Assembly: GCA_012727735.1 (NCBI GenBank)
Contig: JAAYGM010000042.1
Coordinates: forward strand, 1-57,562
Source of the DNA: Bacteroidales bacterium
Lineage (GTDB): Bacteria; Bacteroidota; Bacteroidia; Bacteroidales; Dysgonomonadaceae
DNA: 57,562 nt
Reading direction: 5' to 3'
Shown here: positions 10,158-20,968 of the stretch, piece after piece
Position numbering within the stretch: position 1 is the first letter of the stretch
How the letters are laid out: each line of letters starts with the position of its first letter
Program-made: the position numbers and the translations under genes
Notes under the pieces: generated by a model
Databases searched by the model: none
What the model saw: the letters and a program-made list of their open reading frames with translations, nothing else
Told to the model about the DNA's origin: nothing

Positions 10158-10568
10158 ATGAAAACAAAAATTTTACTTTTGGTGCTTTTCGTCATTGGAA
10201 GCTACTCTTTTGCCAATGCGCAGTACGTAAATGAAACACCTATAGGTGCGCTCGATGCTGAATATATTCGTATATGGTCTGATTCGGGCCCGCTATTGAG
10301 TTCAAAAATCACGGTGAGAGTAGATTGGGGACAGGGTGGACGTACACCGCAGATCAGTGACGACCGCCGCAGGGTGGTCTCCTTCAACGGGATGATCGCA
10401 GTGCTGAACATGTTAAGCAAAGAGGGTTTTGAGCTGATGGAGATTGTCCGTGACTCTAAGGATGAGAACGAGATCTTCTACCTGCGAAGGAAAGAGGGAT
10501 TTGATCCCTTCACCGGCGGCAGTGACAAGGGAGCAGTGGAGTATGATCCCGGCACACACAGCCGATAG
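10158..10568 (+). CDS. Small secreted hypothetical protein
   Basis: Signal peptide MKTKILLLVLFVIGSYSFANA-Q; FNGMIAVLNMLSKEGFEL...FYLRR; followed by hairpins. Confidence 0.75.
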   Translation: MKTKILLLVLFVIGSYSFANAQYVNETPIGALDAEYIRIWSDSGPLLSSKITVRVDWGQGGRTPQISDDRRRVVSFNGMIAVLNMLSKEGFELMEIVRDSKDENEIFYLRRKEGFDPFTGGSDKGAVEYDPGTHSR

Positions 10569-10650
10569 TCCGGCCTGTTTTAAAAATGCAAAAGGCACGC
10601 CAATCACTTGGAATGCCTTTCTGTTCAAAATAATAATAAAGTAGAGAGAA

Positions 10651-10686
10651 GGCTGCTGACAGGAACCTGTCATGCAGCTTTTTTTT
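10651..10686. terminator. Hairpin terminator between convergent genes
   Basis: GGCTGCTGACAG-GAAC-CTGTCATGCAGCT followed by a T-run. A second hairpin AAAGGCA...TGCCTTT lies at 10591-10620. Confidence 0.7.
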
Positions 10687-11761
10687 AGTTTTGGATCAAC
10701 ACCACCGAGGGGTTGATGCCCAAAGCGATAAGCCTTTTTTTCAGCGTTCCCGTCTTGTCGAACCAATAAACATCACCGGGATGAATGTAATCGGTGGAAG
10801 CGACAAAGAGATCACCGGTGACGGGATCGACCGAGACATTGTTCATGATCGGGATCTCGGTACCGTCGCTGATAAAACTGTCGCTCACGATCTCCTCTTT
10901 AAGACAGTCGTAGACAACCACCCTGTTGGGTTCCTCCCACGCACCACAGATGATATAGGCCATGTTGTTGCTGATCACAAATTTCTGTGGGGATGCGATG
11001 CCGGCGATGGTCTCCACCGTGCTGCTGCCGGAGCGTATCATCTTGAAGGCACCCGGCTCATCGGCATAGTTGCCGGTCACCGAAAGGTAGATGTCTCCCT
11101 GGCTGTCGGCATACAACGAGCCGGGATTGGTGCCCACCACTATCTTTTTCTCCTCGGTGAAGCTGGTGAGGTCGATCACCGAGAGGCTGTTGTCATACCC
11201 GTTGGCCCAGTTCAACCCTCCCGAGTTGGTCACGTAGATCTTGTTGTTTTTGATGGCGATCCCCTCCGGGTCCATCCCCACCGTTACCGATCCGTCGAAG
11301 GCCAGCGTGAGGGTATCGATGCGGGTGACCGTGTCGTCGAAGGATGTGACATAGACCTTTCCGCCATGGGCTGCAAGACGGCGCGGCTCTTTGCTCTGTC
11401 CCCCGACTCTCTTCATCTCTATACGTCGGAGCGATCTGCCGGTGGCAGCTTCCAGCACCTCGAGGGTTCCTGATATACTGACCGCGATATAGATCTTCGA
11501 GCCATATTGCAGCATATCATTTGCTACATCACCCAGTCCATCTTTGTTCACAAGATTGAAATAATCTTTGATGATCGTTTCCTCCTGCAGGTCGTAACGC
11601 GCCAGGGTGGCATTGTTCCCTTCCCTGCTTCCCTCGTTCAGGATCAGCAGCGCTTTACTATTATCGGGGAACTCTCCGCCGGGATTGTCGGTATCGGAAC
11701 AGCCCCATAGCAACAGCGCTGCAAAAAGAATGATGTAGTGAAAAAGTCGATTTTTGTTCAT
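10685..11761 (-). CDS. YncE/DUF5074-like beta-propeller surface lipoprotein (BtuG-like cobalamin-binding protein)
   Basis: Lipobox LLWGC followed by acidic residues; LILNEG, LGDVANDM, VGMDPEGIAI...KIYVTNSGG propeller blades; downstream of a B12-riboswitch-controlled TonB-dependent receptor. Confidence 0.8.
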   Translation of the reverse strand: MNKNRLFHYIILFAALLLWGCSDTDNPGGEFPDNSKALLILNEGSREGNNATLARYDLQEETIIKDYFNLVNKDGLGDVANDMLQYGSKIYIAVSISGTLEVLEAATGRSLRRIEMKRVGGQSKEPRRLAAHGGKVYVTSFDDTVTRIDTLTLAFDGSVTVGMDPEGIAIKNNKIYVTNSGGLNWANGYDNSLSVIDLTSFTEEKKIVVGTNPGSLYADSQGDIYLSVTGNYADEPGAFKMIRSGSSTVETIAGIASPQKFVISNNMAYIICGAWEEPNRVVVYDCLKEEIVSDSFISDGTEIPIMNNVSVDPVTGDLFVASTDYIHPGDVYWFDKTGTLKKRLIALGINPSVVLIQN

Positions 11762-11774
11762 TGCATTAAAAAAT

Positions 11775-13796
11775 TTAAAAGTGAATGGATAATGTCAACC
11801 TGTAAGAACGACCCGGCATGGGGTAGTTGCGCACGATCTCATAGTTCCTGCCGGTGAGATTGAGTGCCTCACCCGCCAGCAGGAGCCTCCCCAGAGGAGT
11901 GGAAAACGATCTCTGGAGCGAGATGCTGTGATCGGCATACCCCTGCATGCGATAGGCCGCATCGTTGTAACCGTTGCTGTAACGCTCACCCGACCAGATA
12001 AGGGTGTAGGATAGCTGCAGCTGTTTTAACTCTAGTGCCGCACGGGCAGACCCCGAGTGACGGGGTGTGTAGGGCAGCTGGTGGCCGTAGTTCACCTGCT
12101 GCGGATCGGTGCGGTCGGATGCTATCTGCCAGGTGTAGCTGACGCCGGCACGAATCATCATTCTGTCTGTCAGCGCCGTAACACTCTCCATTGAGAGGTC
12201 GGCACCGTTGATGATCACCTTACCCACATTGATCATGGCCCACTGGTGCAGGTTGCCGGTAGGGTAGGCTACGATCTTGTTATCCACCCGGTTGTGATAG
12301 GCGTCGGCCATGAATGTAAACTGCTGCAAAAGCGCACCATTGGTAGTGCCGAAGGTGAGTCCGATGTTGAACTGCTCCGCATCTTCCGGCAGCAAGTTGC
12401 GCACCCCCACCTGCGGGTAGTAGAGGTCGTTGAAGGTGGGCAGCCGGAAGCTCTTCTTATAGAAGGCCCGCAGACGCAGTTCATGAGCGTAGAGGGGCTT
12501 GAAGGATGCACTCAGGTAGGGTGAGAGGCGGTTGCAGTTGGTGGCGGCCACCCCGTTCTCCGTCGACTCGAAGGTCTGCGTACGGAGTAGGCTGGCGGTG
12601 GCCAGCAACCGTTCACTGACCCATTTGGCGGCGATCACCGCGTGGGTGGTGAGGCGGGTGGGGGTGGTGAACCCCTGACGGTTGCCATGCATGGTGGCCG
12701 ATATCAGGTCACTTGAGGCTGAGAAGGAGAGGTTGGGAAAAGCACGGTAGAGTGCCGACAGAGAGCCGTAACGCTCAAATTGCGTGAAGATATCCTCAAC
12801 TTTTCCCGATGCACCCAGGTAGGTGGGATCGAGATAGCGTAGGTAACCCTGCTGAAACTTGCCATTGGCTTGTAGCTCCCACTTGCAAGAGAGGGCATGT
12901 TCAAAATGGCCCTGCAGGAAGAAGCTCCGGTCCCACAAACGCTGACCGGCATCATGGAGGGTGTTGTGGTAGATGGTGGCACCCGGTAAGCCCCGTTCCG
13001 AGCTGTAATAATAGAGACGAAGACCGCCCCGGCTGCTGGCTGAGAATTTCGCATGCAGCGATGACTCCAGGCGCATGTTCTCCACATCGCCATTGATTCG
13101 ACGCTCCCAGGAGGTGCTGTCGCCGGCTGAGGAACCGTAACGTAGCAGGTAGGGGTAATCGCCGCGCGAGCTCATCCACTCACCGTTGATGGAGGCACTT
13201 ACCTTTTCTGAGAGACGGCTGTTGATCAGTAGGGAGGGATTGAACAGTCCGAAGGAACCACCCCGAAGGGTTGCTTTTCCGTTCACCCTTTTGTTGTCGG
13301 CAAATCGGGGAGCAGCGGTGGTGATCTCCAGTGCCGAGGTAGCGGCGAAGGTACGCGCAGGACGGAAGATACGATCATCCTGTCCGTTGTGGAGCGTGAG
13401 CCGCTCCACGTTGTCGAGTGAGAAACGGCCGATGTCGATCTGTCCCGTCTGCTGGTCGGAGAGGACAATACCGTTGTAGCTCACCGCCGTGTGATGTGCC
13501 CCCAGGCTCCGCACCGAGATCGTTTTCAGTCCCCCTATACCGCCATAATCGCGGATAGTGACACCTGGGAAATGCTTCACCGCATCGGAGAGTTGCAATG
13601 CGTTGAGCTGGCCGATCTGTTCGTCAATAAGGATATGCCGGGGTGCTGTGGAACGCATTTCACGGTCTCTGAAACGCTCACTGATCACCACCTCCGGCAG
13701 TTCAAGACTGTCGGCCACCGTTTGCCCAGTAACTCCGTTTCCTACGGTCAGCACCACAAAAATAAGCAGGAATACTTTTTGTTTGAATACCCTCAT
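11775..13796 (-). CDS. TonB-dependent receptor, BtuB-like cobalamin transporter
   Basis: TonB-box region ELPEVVIS; plug GVTIRDYGGIGGLKTISVRSLG; FRLPTFNDLY; C-terminal NLTGRNYEIVRNYPMPGRSYRLTLSIHF; upstream cobalamin riboswitch. Confidence 0.9.
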   Translation of the reverse strand: MRVFKQKVFLLIFVVLTVGNGVTGQTVADSLELPEVVISERFRDREMRSTAPRHILIDEQIGQLNALQLSDAVKHFPGVTIRDYGGIGGLKTISVRSLGAHHTAVSYNGIVLSDQQTGQIDIGRFSLDNVERLTLHNGQDDRIFRPARTFAATSALEITTAAPRFADNKRVNGKATLRGGSFGLFNPSLLINSRLSEKVSASINGEWMSSRGDYPYLLRYGSSAGDSTSWERRINGDVENMRLESSLHAKFSASSRGGLRLYYYSSERGLPGATIYHNTLHDAGQRLWDRSFFLQGHFEHALSCKWELQANGKFQQGYLRYLDPTYLGASGKVEDIFTQFERYGSLSALYRAFPNLSFSASSDLISATMHGNRQGFTTPTRLTTHAVIAAKWVSERLLATASLLRTQTFESTENGVAATNCNRLSPYLSASFKPLYAHELRLRAFYKKSFRLPTFNDLYYPQVGVRNLLPEDAEQFNIGLTFGTTNGALLQQFTFMADAYHNRVDNKIVAYPTGNLHQWAMINVGKVIINGADLSMESVTALTDRMMIRAGVSYTWQIASDRTDPQQVNYGHQLPYTPRHSGSARAALELKQLQLSYTLIWSGERYSNGYNDAAYRMQGYADHSISLQRSFSTPLGRLLLAGEALNLTGRNYEIVRNYPMPGRSYRLTLSIHF

Positions 13797-13911
13797 CCAT
13801 ACCGAATTTATATTCCGGCAAAGCTAAATGAAAAGGAAACACGTAAATAATCAATAAATTGTCGCGTGTCGTTTTCAAGCTTCATTCCCCGAAAGCTATG
13901 TAACATATATG

Positions 13912-14105
13912 ATGCATTGGCAGGTCTTCTGACTTACTCCCGTGTCTGAACGCCTTCCCATCCCGATCTGACGGAATAGTGGCAAAGGTGATTGTTCAGC
14001 ACGTAAGCGGAGCTTACAGCAGCGGGTCTGTTCAGGATTTACACCTGATTCCCTTTTCATTACTGTTTCGAAGCAACTATGAAACAGATAACACCAATAT
14101 TTCTG
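13912..14105 (-). ncRNA. Cobalamin (B12) riboswitch
   Basis: Minus strand: TTGGT...AAAAGGGAATCAGGTGTAAATCCTGAACAGACCCGCTGCTGTAA...GCCACT...GGGAAGGC...AAGTCAGAAGACCTGCC (B12 box). TACCTTTG -7 promoter box at 14110-14117. Confidence 0.93.
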
Positions 14106-14296
14106 ATGGCAAAGGTAGAGATTTATTTTTAAATCCCAAGTAAACTCAAATATTTAATCTCTCTCTGAAATTGATAATTCAACAGCAATTTGATTGCTCC
14201 TGACAGATCGTTATAGAACATTAAGGCTTAATAGCCTGTAATCTGATCTTTATAAAAACCGTTTACACAACGGTTGTCGTTGAGGGGCTCACTCAA

Positions 14297-15142
14297 TCAC
14301 ACTTCAGGAATCGCATTATTATTCTTCCTGCTTTCAAGATAACGAATAAGCGTCTCACTTCTCTCTTTTTCGAATTTCAATTGTTCAATGTTCAAAAGGA
14401 GTGCTGAGAGTTCATAAGAGTGTGCGATCCCCTTTTTTGCCGCATTAGTCAGAGGGACAGATACCGTGCGTCTGCCGATAAAGTGGAGAGTGACAGGTTC
14501 ATCCTGGAAGGTGTGGATAAACTGTGCCACACCGTTCTCATCGCTTCCGCTGTAACGGACAATCTCGTATGATTTGTCAATCGTGTTAAAGCGATAATTC
14601 AGTCCATCAGATGTGATAGCAACTGTTTCAGCAAAGTTCCCATCACCGGAAGAGACTTTAATCTTATTGTGTCTGACAGTGCTTCCGGAGAGAATACTCT
14701 CGATGAACAGGGTTCCCTTTTCCCGCACACCTGAACGTAACCCGATACGGTCTAATGAGGACTGATGAGGATACGCTTTCGGATAGTACTCACCAAACTC
14801 CTGGTACCTGTTGTCTCTTACATATTCGAACTTTGTAAGCATTTCACTGAGTTGGGTATAATTCTCTCGAAGCATGGAATCACAAAAGAGAATATTCCTT
14901 TTGTTCTCTGCCATACGTACATCCTGCATTAACGAAAAACCGGCATTAATCTCATCAAAAGATTTGGGGAAGAGCACTTTTATGCTGTCTATCTTTAGTT
15001 TAGACAACGAGTAATTACCATCCCTGTATGCTGCTTCTGCTTCGGAAAGATACTGTTTTGCCCCTCTTTCTTTCCCGGAGCATCCGAGAGTAAAAAGTGA
15101 AGCAAACAGTAATATAATTATCTGAGCTGAAAAACGTACCAC
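14297..15142 (-). CDS. Hypothetical lipoprotein
   Basis: GTG start; lipobox TLGC; N-terminal TPR-like helix pair (AEAAYRDGNYSLSKLKIDSI); C-terminal coiled coil. Confidence 0.75.
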   Translation of the reverse strand: MVRFSAQIIILLFASLFTLGCSGKERGAKQYLSEAEAAYRDGNYSLSKLKIDSIKVLFPKSFDEINAGFSLMQDVRMAENKRNILFCDSMLRENYTQLSEMLTKFEYVRDNRYQEFGEYYPKAYPHQSSLDRIGLRSGVREKGTLFIESILSGSTVRHNKIKVSSGDGNFAETVAITSDGLNYRFNTIDKSYEIVRYSGSDENGVAQFIHTFQDEPVTLHFIGRRTVSVPLTNAAKKGIAHSYELSALLLNIEQLKFEKERSETLIRYLESRKNNNAIPEV

Positions 15143-15339
15143 GAAAAGAAATTTATCTTATGTAAATAACCTTATAATCAACTTATAACTGTGCAAAGTT
15201 AGAAATATATTCCTCATAGCAGGCTGTTTTAAAGTACATTTATTGTAATTTTGCAATTCCTAACAGAAAAAACAGGGCCGTAGTGAAAAGACATTTCATC
15301 TTTCACAAACAGCCACCACTTGAAAATGACAGATTGATT

Positions 15340-16776
15340 ATGGATATATCTCAGGAAGAGATAAAGGCATATTTAGACAGACATATCTTCAGACTTATCT
15401 CTGATGCTGCCGATGAAATGAAGCTGGAGTGTTACCTGATAGGCGGATACGTACGTGATTTTTTTCTATATCGCCCCTCAAATGATATTGATGTTGTTGC
15501 TATCGGCAAGGGAATAGAACTGGCAGAGTCAGTTGCCGACAAACTTGGGAAAAACACCTCATTGACTGTGTTTAAAAACTTTGGCACAGCACAGATCAAA
15601 CACAAGGATTATGAGATTGAGTTTGTGGGAGCCCGTAAAGAGTCATACCGCAACGACTCCCGAAAGCCCATTGTAGAAGACGGCAGCATGGAGGATGACC
15701 AGAGACGGCGTGATTTTACCATCAACGCCATGGCTTTCTGCCTGAACAAAGAACGCTTCGGTGAACTGCTCGACCCTTTCAATGGTATACAGGACCTGGA
15801 AGATCTGATTATCCGCACTCCTCTCGATCCGGACATCACCTTCAGTGATGACCCTTTACGTATGATGCGTGCCGTTCGTTTTGCTTCACAGTTGGGATTT
15901 GATATCTTTCCTGATACCTTCGATGCGATCAAACGCAACCGGGAACGTATCAACATTGTATCGATGGAGCGTGTGGCTGATGAGCTCAATAAGATTATCC
16001 TGTCACCCAAGCCCTCGGTAGGATTCATCCTGCTTGAGAAAACAGGACTACTTGATATCATCTTTCCTGAGTTCACCGCGTTAAAAGGTGCTGAAACGAA
16101 AGATGGAGTGGGGCATAAGGATAATTTTTATCATACACTAATCGTGGTGGATAATATCGCGAAGCAAACAGACGATCTATGGTTGCGCTGGGCGGCGATT
16201 CTCCATGATATCGCCAAGCCTGTCACCAAACGATGGGATCCCAGGCTGGGATGGACGTTTCATAACCATAACTTCGTGGGTGAAAAAATGATCCCCCGGA
16301 TCTTCCGCAGGATGAAGCTACCGCAGAACGAGAAGATGAAATTTGTGCAGAAGATGGTTTCGCTCCATATGCGCCCCATGCAATTGGTGGAGGATGAGGT
16401 CACCGATTCAGCCGTACGTCGCCTGTTGTATGATTCCGGGAATGATATTGATGATTTGATGACGCTCTGCGAAGCGGATATAACATCGAAAAATCAGGAG
16501 AAGGTGAAACGGTTTATGAATAACTTCAGGATAGTGCGAAGAAAACTGCAGGAGATTGAGGAGAAGGATCGTGTACGCAATTTTCAGCCACCCGTGGACG
16601 GCAACGAGATCATGCAGGTGTTCGGCCTGTCACAGGGACGCGAGGTGGGGTTGCTCAAAGCAGCCATCAAAGAGGCGATCCTTGATGGTGTAATCCCCAA
16701 TGAGCACGATGCTGCCTATTTCTTCATGCTGGAAAAGGCGAAAGAGATGAATATGAAGCTATTAAAGATTGACTAA
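15340..16776 (+). CDS. CCA tRNA nucleotidyltransferase / poly(A) polymerase family protein with HD domain
   Basis: LIGGYVRD...DIDV, EDDQRRRDFTINA, FSDDPLRMMRAVRF, HDIAKP. The tRNA in this window lacks an encoded CCA. Confidence 0.93.
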   Translation: MDISQEEIKAYLDRHIFRLISDAADEMKLECYLIGGYVRDFFLYRPSNDIDVVAIGKGIELAESVADKLGKNTSLTVFKNFGTAQIKHKDYEIEFVGARKESYRNDSRKPIVEDGSMEDDQRRRDFTINAMAFCLNKERFGELLDPFNGIQDLEDLIIRTPLDPDITFSDDPLRMMRAVRFASQLGFDIFPDTFDAIKRNRERINIVSMERVADELNKIILSPKPSVGFILLEKTGLLDIIFPEFTALKGAETKDGVGHKDNFYHTLIVVDNIAKQTDDLWLRWAAILHDIAKPVTKRWDPRLGWTFHNHNFVGEKMIPRIFRRMKLPQNEKMKFVQKMVSLHMRPMQLVEDEVTDSAVRRLLYDSGNDIDDLMTLCEADITSKNQEKVKRFMNNFRIVRRKLQEIEEKDRVRNFQPPVDGNEIMQVFGLSQGREVGLLKAAIKEAILDGVIPNEHDAAYFFMLEKAKEMNMKLLKID

Positions 16777-17081
16777 ACAGGCTGATCACGGCAATAAAAG
16801 TGAACATCTTTTATCCGGTATGAAAAAAAATATAGTACGATTCATTAGAGAAGGATAATCCGCTTATTCAAAAAGGTATTGAGAGATGGAATCAGACTGG
16901 TTGGATAGGATCCACCTTCCCCTGTGGGTGGGATAATTAACCGCTATGAGGGATATTAACATTTTTTTCTTTAATATTTCTCTTTCTGCCTCGTTTTCTG
17001 AGATAATTTTTATTACTTTGCAACTAATTTTGGAATAAGTTCGTTATACAACTTTCTCTTTTTCGTTTATCCTAAACCGGT

Positions 17082-17960
17082 ATGTCCAACAAGAAAAAAG
17101 TATCCACTGCCCGATTCTTAAATGCTAAAATAACCTCTACTATCAGTATTTCGCTGGTACTGGTGTTGTTGGGTTTGACCCTGCTGATTCTTTTCATGGG
17201 GAATGGCTTATCGAAGTATGTGAAAGAGAATATGAGTTTCAACGTGATGCTTTCCGCTGAAGTGACAGATGCTCAGATAAGTGCAATCCGTAAAAACCTG
17301 GATGCAGAGCCTTTTGTGAAATCATCGCGGTTTATCAGTAAGCAGGAGGCGAAAGAGCAATTGATCAAAGAGCTGGGCGATGATCCCGAAGAGCTGCTGG
17401 GTTATAATCCGGCGCTGGACTGCATAGAGATCTTTCTTCATTCAGAATATGCGAACAATGATAGTATTGCCGTGATTAACAAGGTAATCAGGCAGGATAA
17501 TAATGTGACGGATCTGCTCTTTCAACAGGAGGCGATTGATCTGATCAACAATAATCTTTCAAAAGTGATGACTGTCCTGCTCATTCTCGCAGCTGTACTT
17601 CTGTTCATTTCGTTCACGCTGATCCGTAACACCATACGTTTGAGCGTCTACTCGAAAAGGTTTATTATTCACACGATGAAGCTGGTAGGTGCCACAGGCA
17701 GTTTTATCAGGAGACCGTTCGTGATAAACAATATCATTACAGGTATCATAGCAGGCGTGATTGCTGACGGGATCATACTTTTGCTGATCACCTATTTCAG
17801 CAAAGAGTATGTTTCAATCGGTCCTATAGTCACTGTGACCGACCTGGTTATTATCTTCTCTGCCGTGGTACTTCTCGGTGTGATCATCTCTACCGTTGCC
17901 ACCGCATTTGCAGTGAACAGGTATGTGAAAATGAGATCAGATCAACTCTATTACATATAA
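17082..17960 (+). CDS. ftsX: Cell division permease-like protein FtsX
   Basis: 4 TM segments with a large extracytoplasmic loop; LIRNTIRLSVYSKRFIIHTMKLVGATGSFIRRPF. Confidence 0.93.
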   Translation: MSNKKKVSTARFLNAKITSTISISLVLVLLGLTLLILFMGNGLSKYVKENMSFNVMLSAEVTDAQISAIRKNLDAEPFVKSSRFISKQEAKEQLIKELGDDPEELLGYNPALDCIEIFLHSEYANNDSIAVINKVIRQDNNVTDLLFQQEAIDLINNNLSKVMTVLLILAAVLLFISFTLIRNTIRLSVYSKRFIIHTMKLVGATGSFIRRPFVINNIITGIIAGVIADGIILLLITYFSKEYVSIGPIVTVTDLVIIFSAVVLLGVIISTVATAFAVNRYVKMRSDQLYYI

Positions 17961-17975
17961 TAAATCTCAGAATAA

Positions 17976-18218
17976 ATGACACAAAAAAATATCGCTCTAA
18001 GCAAGACAAATTTAATTATTTGTGGTATCGCGATTCTGCTTATTATTGCAGGTTTTCTACTGATGACAGGACCATCCACTACGCTTGAGAACGGATTTGA
18101 ACCGGATATCTTCAGTGCCAGGCGGATCAAAGTCGCACCTGTTGTCACTGTGGCCGGATTTACACTGATGATCGTAGGTGTTTTGTACCCTTCCAGAGAT
18201 AAAAAAGCAGAAAAGTAA
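17976..18218 (+). CDS. DUF3098-like small membrane protein
   Basis: 2 TM segments; FEPDIFSARRIKVAP; typical position between ftsX and uppP in Bacteroidota. Confidence 0.85.
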   Translation: MTQKNIALSKTNLIICGIAILLIIAGFLLMTGPSTTLENGFEPDIFSARRIKVAPVVTVAGFTLMIVGVLYPSRDKKAEK

Positions 18219-18256
18219 AATAATAGGGAGTGCCAGCCACTCCAAAAATCATCTTC

Positions 18257-19138
18257 ATGACTATATTAGAGGCAATCATTATTGCTATTGTTGAGGGACT
18301 GACAGAGTTCCTCCCCGTTTCCTCCACCGGACATATGATAATCGCACAGGCGCTCCTGGGAATAGAGAGTACCGCATTTGTAAAAGCTTTCACCGTCATC
18401 ATTCAGTTTGGTGCGATCATGTCTGTTGTGTTTCTTTACTGGAAACGTTTTTTTCGTTTGAACCCCATCACCATTTTCGATAAAGAAGCTGTTATCGGTA
18501 TGTCCTCCGGAAAGAAGGGATGTACCTTTCTCCTGCGATTCCTGAAAAAATATGATTTCTACTGGAAGCTGTTTATCGCTGTGCTTCCTGCAGGGATTAT
18601 CGGCCTGGCGCTGGGTGACCATATCGATGCCATGCTTGAGAGCGTGACGGTGGTAGCGGTGATGCTGGTGGCAGGAGGTATCTTCATGCTCTTTGTGGAT
18701 CAATGGTTCAACAGACCGTCACAGGATCAGTCGATGAGCTGGCAGCGAGCCCTGAAGATTGGTTTTTTTCAGTGTATCGCGATGATTCCCGGTGTATCAC
18801 GCTCCATGGCTACCATCGTGGGGGGTATGGGAACAAAGCTTACCCGTAAGAACGCGGCTGAGTTCTCCTTTTTTCTTGCTGTTCCCACTATGGCTGCAGC
18901 AGCAGGATACAAGCTGTATCAATTACTGAAAGATCCTGCCAGCGTGGAGATGTTGAGTGAAAACATGTTGCTACTGCTTATCGGTAATATCGTTGCATTC
19001 TTTGTTGCCATTCTTGCGATCCGGTTTTTTATCGATTTCATCACCAAATACGGCTTCAGGGCTTTTGGTGTCTATCGTATCATCGTAGGTGGAATCCTGC
19101 TCGTGCTGATTATGTCGGGAGTGAGTTTAACCATATAA
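18257..19138 (+). CDS. uppP: Undecaprenyl-diphosphate phosphatase (BacA/UppP)
   Basis: [38 protein letters not shown]. Confidence 0.95.
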   Translation: MTILEAIIIAIVEGLTEFLPVSSTGHMIIAQALLGIESTAFVKAFTVIIQFGAIMSVVFLYWKRFFRLNPITIFDKEAVIGMSSGKKGCTFLLRFLKKYDFYWKLFIAVLPAGIIGLALGDHIDAMLESVTVVAVMLVAGGIFMLFVDQWFNRPSQDQSMSWQRALKIGFFQCIAMIPGVSRSMATIVGGMGTKLTRKNAAEFSFFLAVPTMAAAAGYKLYQLLKDPASVEMLSENMLLLLIGNIVAFFVAILAIRFFIDFITKYGFRAFGVYRIIVGGILLVLIMSGVSLTI

Positions 19139-19145
19139 AGGAACG

Positions 19146-19850
19146 ATGGATTTTATTGAAGGTGAGATTATTTATATCGATAAACCGCTACACTGGACAT
19201 CATTCAGGGTGGTACGTGTAGTGCGTGCCAAGTTGTGCCGGAAGCTGAATATAAAAAAGCTGAAAGTAGGACATGCCGGCACACTCGATCCGCTGGCTAC
19301 GGGTGTCATGACGATCTGTACCGGAAAAAAAACGAAACGTATTGAGGAGTTGCAGGCACATACAAAAGAGTATGTCGCACAGGTTCGTCTCGGAGCAACC
19401 ACACCATCCTTCGATCTGGAGACGGAGGTTGATGCGGAGTATTCCACAGCACACATCACAAGAGAAATGGTGGAGGAGACGCTTAGAACCTTCACAGGAA
19501 GCATAGAACAAATACCTCCGGTATACTCTGCAGTCAAGGTGGATGGTAAAAGAGCGTATGAGTTTGCCCGAAAGAATGAAGTTATTGAACTAAAACCCAA
19601 ATTATTGGTTATAGATAGTATCGAATTGATTTCTTCTGAGCTTCCTTACATTACCATCCGCGTGGTATGCAGTAAAGGTACATACATCAGAGCGTTGGCA
19701 AGAGATATTGGTGAAGCGTTACACTCGGGTGCACACCTTACCGGGTTGACACGTACGAGGGTAGGAGAGACCACACTGGAAAAGTGTCTGAAGATGGAGG
19801 ATATAGACCGTTTTTTTGATGAGCACATAAGTTCAGGGGATCAATTATGA
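19146..19850 (+). CDS. truB: tRNA pseudouridine(55) synthase
   Basis: IDKP, KVGHAGTLDPLATG, PPVYSAVKVDG, CSKGTYIRALARDIG. Confidence 0.96.
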   Translation: MDFIEGEIIYIDKPLHWTSFRVVRVVRAKLCRKLNIKKLKVGHAGTLDPLATGVMTICTGKKTKRIEELQAHTKEYVAQVRLGATTPSFDLETEVDAEYSTAHITREMVEETLRTFTGSIEQIPPVYSAVKVDGKRAYEFARKNEVIELKPKLLVIDSIELISSELPYITIRVVCSKGTYIRALARDIGEALHSGAHLTGLTRTRVGETTLEKCLKMEDIDRFFDEHISSGDQL

Positions 19851-19889
19851 GTCTTGAAAACAAATGTAATAGATATAGGTTATTAACGT

Positions 19890-20942
19890 ATGAAACTTTC
19901 GCAATTCAAATTTAATTTGCCGGAAGAGCTTGTCGCGAAACACCCCGCTGTGAATCGTGATGAAGCCCGGCTTCTTGTTGTACACAGAAAAACCGGATTA
20001 TTGGAACACAAGGTGTTCAAGGATGTACTTGAATATTTTAAGAAAGATGATTTTTTCATCTTTAACGACACGAAGGTCTTTCCCGCCAGGTTGTTCGGAA
20101 ACAAGGAGAAAACAGGTGCCAAGATCGAGGTGTTCTTGTTGAGAGAGCTTAACCCCGATCAGCATTTATGGGATGTCCTGGTGAACCCTGCACGCAAAAT
20201 ACGTATCGGGAACAAACTTTATTTCGGTGAAAATGAGGAGCTGGTTGCTGAGGTCATCGATAATACCACGTCACGTGGACGTACACTCAGGTTTCTCTAT
20301 GACGGTCCCTACGATGAATTCAAGCGTATGTTGTTCTCGATTGGAGAGACACCAATACCTGAATATCTTGAACGGGATGCAGAACCAGAAGATGTGGAGA
20401 GATATCAGAACATTTTCGCTCAAAATGAAGGTGCTGTCGTTGCTCCCGCAGCGGGACTGCATTTCAGCCGTGAGTTGATGAAAAGGATGGAGATCCGTGA
20501 CGTTAAGTTTGGATTCATCACCCTTCATAACGGATTGGGCGCTTATCGGATGATTGATGTGGAGGATCTGACGAAACATAAGATGGAGTCGGAACAGATG
20601 GTCATCACCGGGGGATTGTGCGAATATGTGAACAGGGCAAAAGATGAGGGACGCAATATCTGTGCCGTAGGAACATCTGTGCTGCGTGCTGTGGAAACCA
20701 CGGTGAGCACCGACGGCCATTTGAAACCCAAAGAGGGGTGGACCAATAAATTCATCTTTCCTCCCTATGAATTTACACTCACCAATAGTCTTATCACCAA
20801 TTTTCATCTTCCCTATTCCACCTTGCTGATGATGGCATGTGCCTTTGGAGGATATGAGAGGATAATGGAAGCTTACGAAGTGGCGATAAAGGAGAAGTAC
20901 AAATTCGGGGCATATGGTGATGCCATGTTGATTATTGATTGA
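19890..20942 (+). CDS. queA: S-adenosylmethionine:tRNA ribosyltransferase-isomerase
   Basis: [48 protein letters not shown]. Confidence 0.95.
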   Translation: MKLSQFKFNLPEELVAKHPAVNRDEARLLVVHRKTGLLEHKVFKDVLEYFKKDDFFIFNDTKVFPARLFGNKEKTGAKIEVFLLRELNPDQHLWDVLVNPARKIRIGNKLYFGENEELVAEVIDNTTSRGRTLRFLYDGPYDEFKRMLFSIGETPIPEYLERDAEPEDVERYQNIFAQNEGAVVAPAAGLHFSRELMKRMEIRDVKFGFITLHNGLGAYRMIDVEDLTKHKMESEQMVITGGLCEYVNRAKDEGRNICAVGTSVLRAVETTVSTDGHLKPKEGWTNKFIFPPYEFTLTNSLITNFHLPYSTLLMMACAFGGYERIMEAYEVAIKEKYKFGAYGDAMLIID

Positions 20943-20968
20943 TGCATATTGAAGGTGATACCGGAGGA

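Noticed and set aside
10691-11473. 260-aa antisense ORF, plus many other 60-260 aa shadow ORFs (e.g. 20271-21050, 4062-4628, 46314-46859)
   Set aside because: They lie opposite or inside well-supported genes, have no recognisable motifs, and are expected from codon bias.
16777-17081. Possible sRNA or small peptides upstream of ftsX
   Set aside because: Only 12-16 codon ORFs and one imperfect hairpin; nothing distinguishes it from ordinary terminator/promoter spacer.
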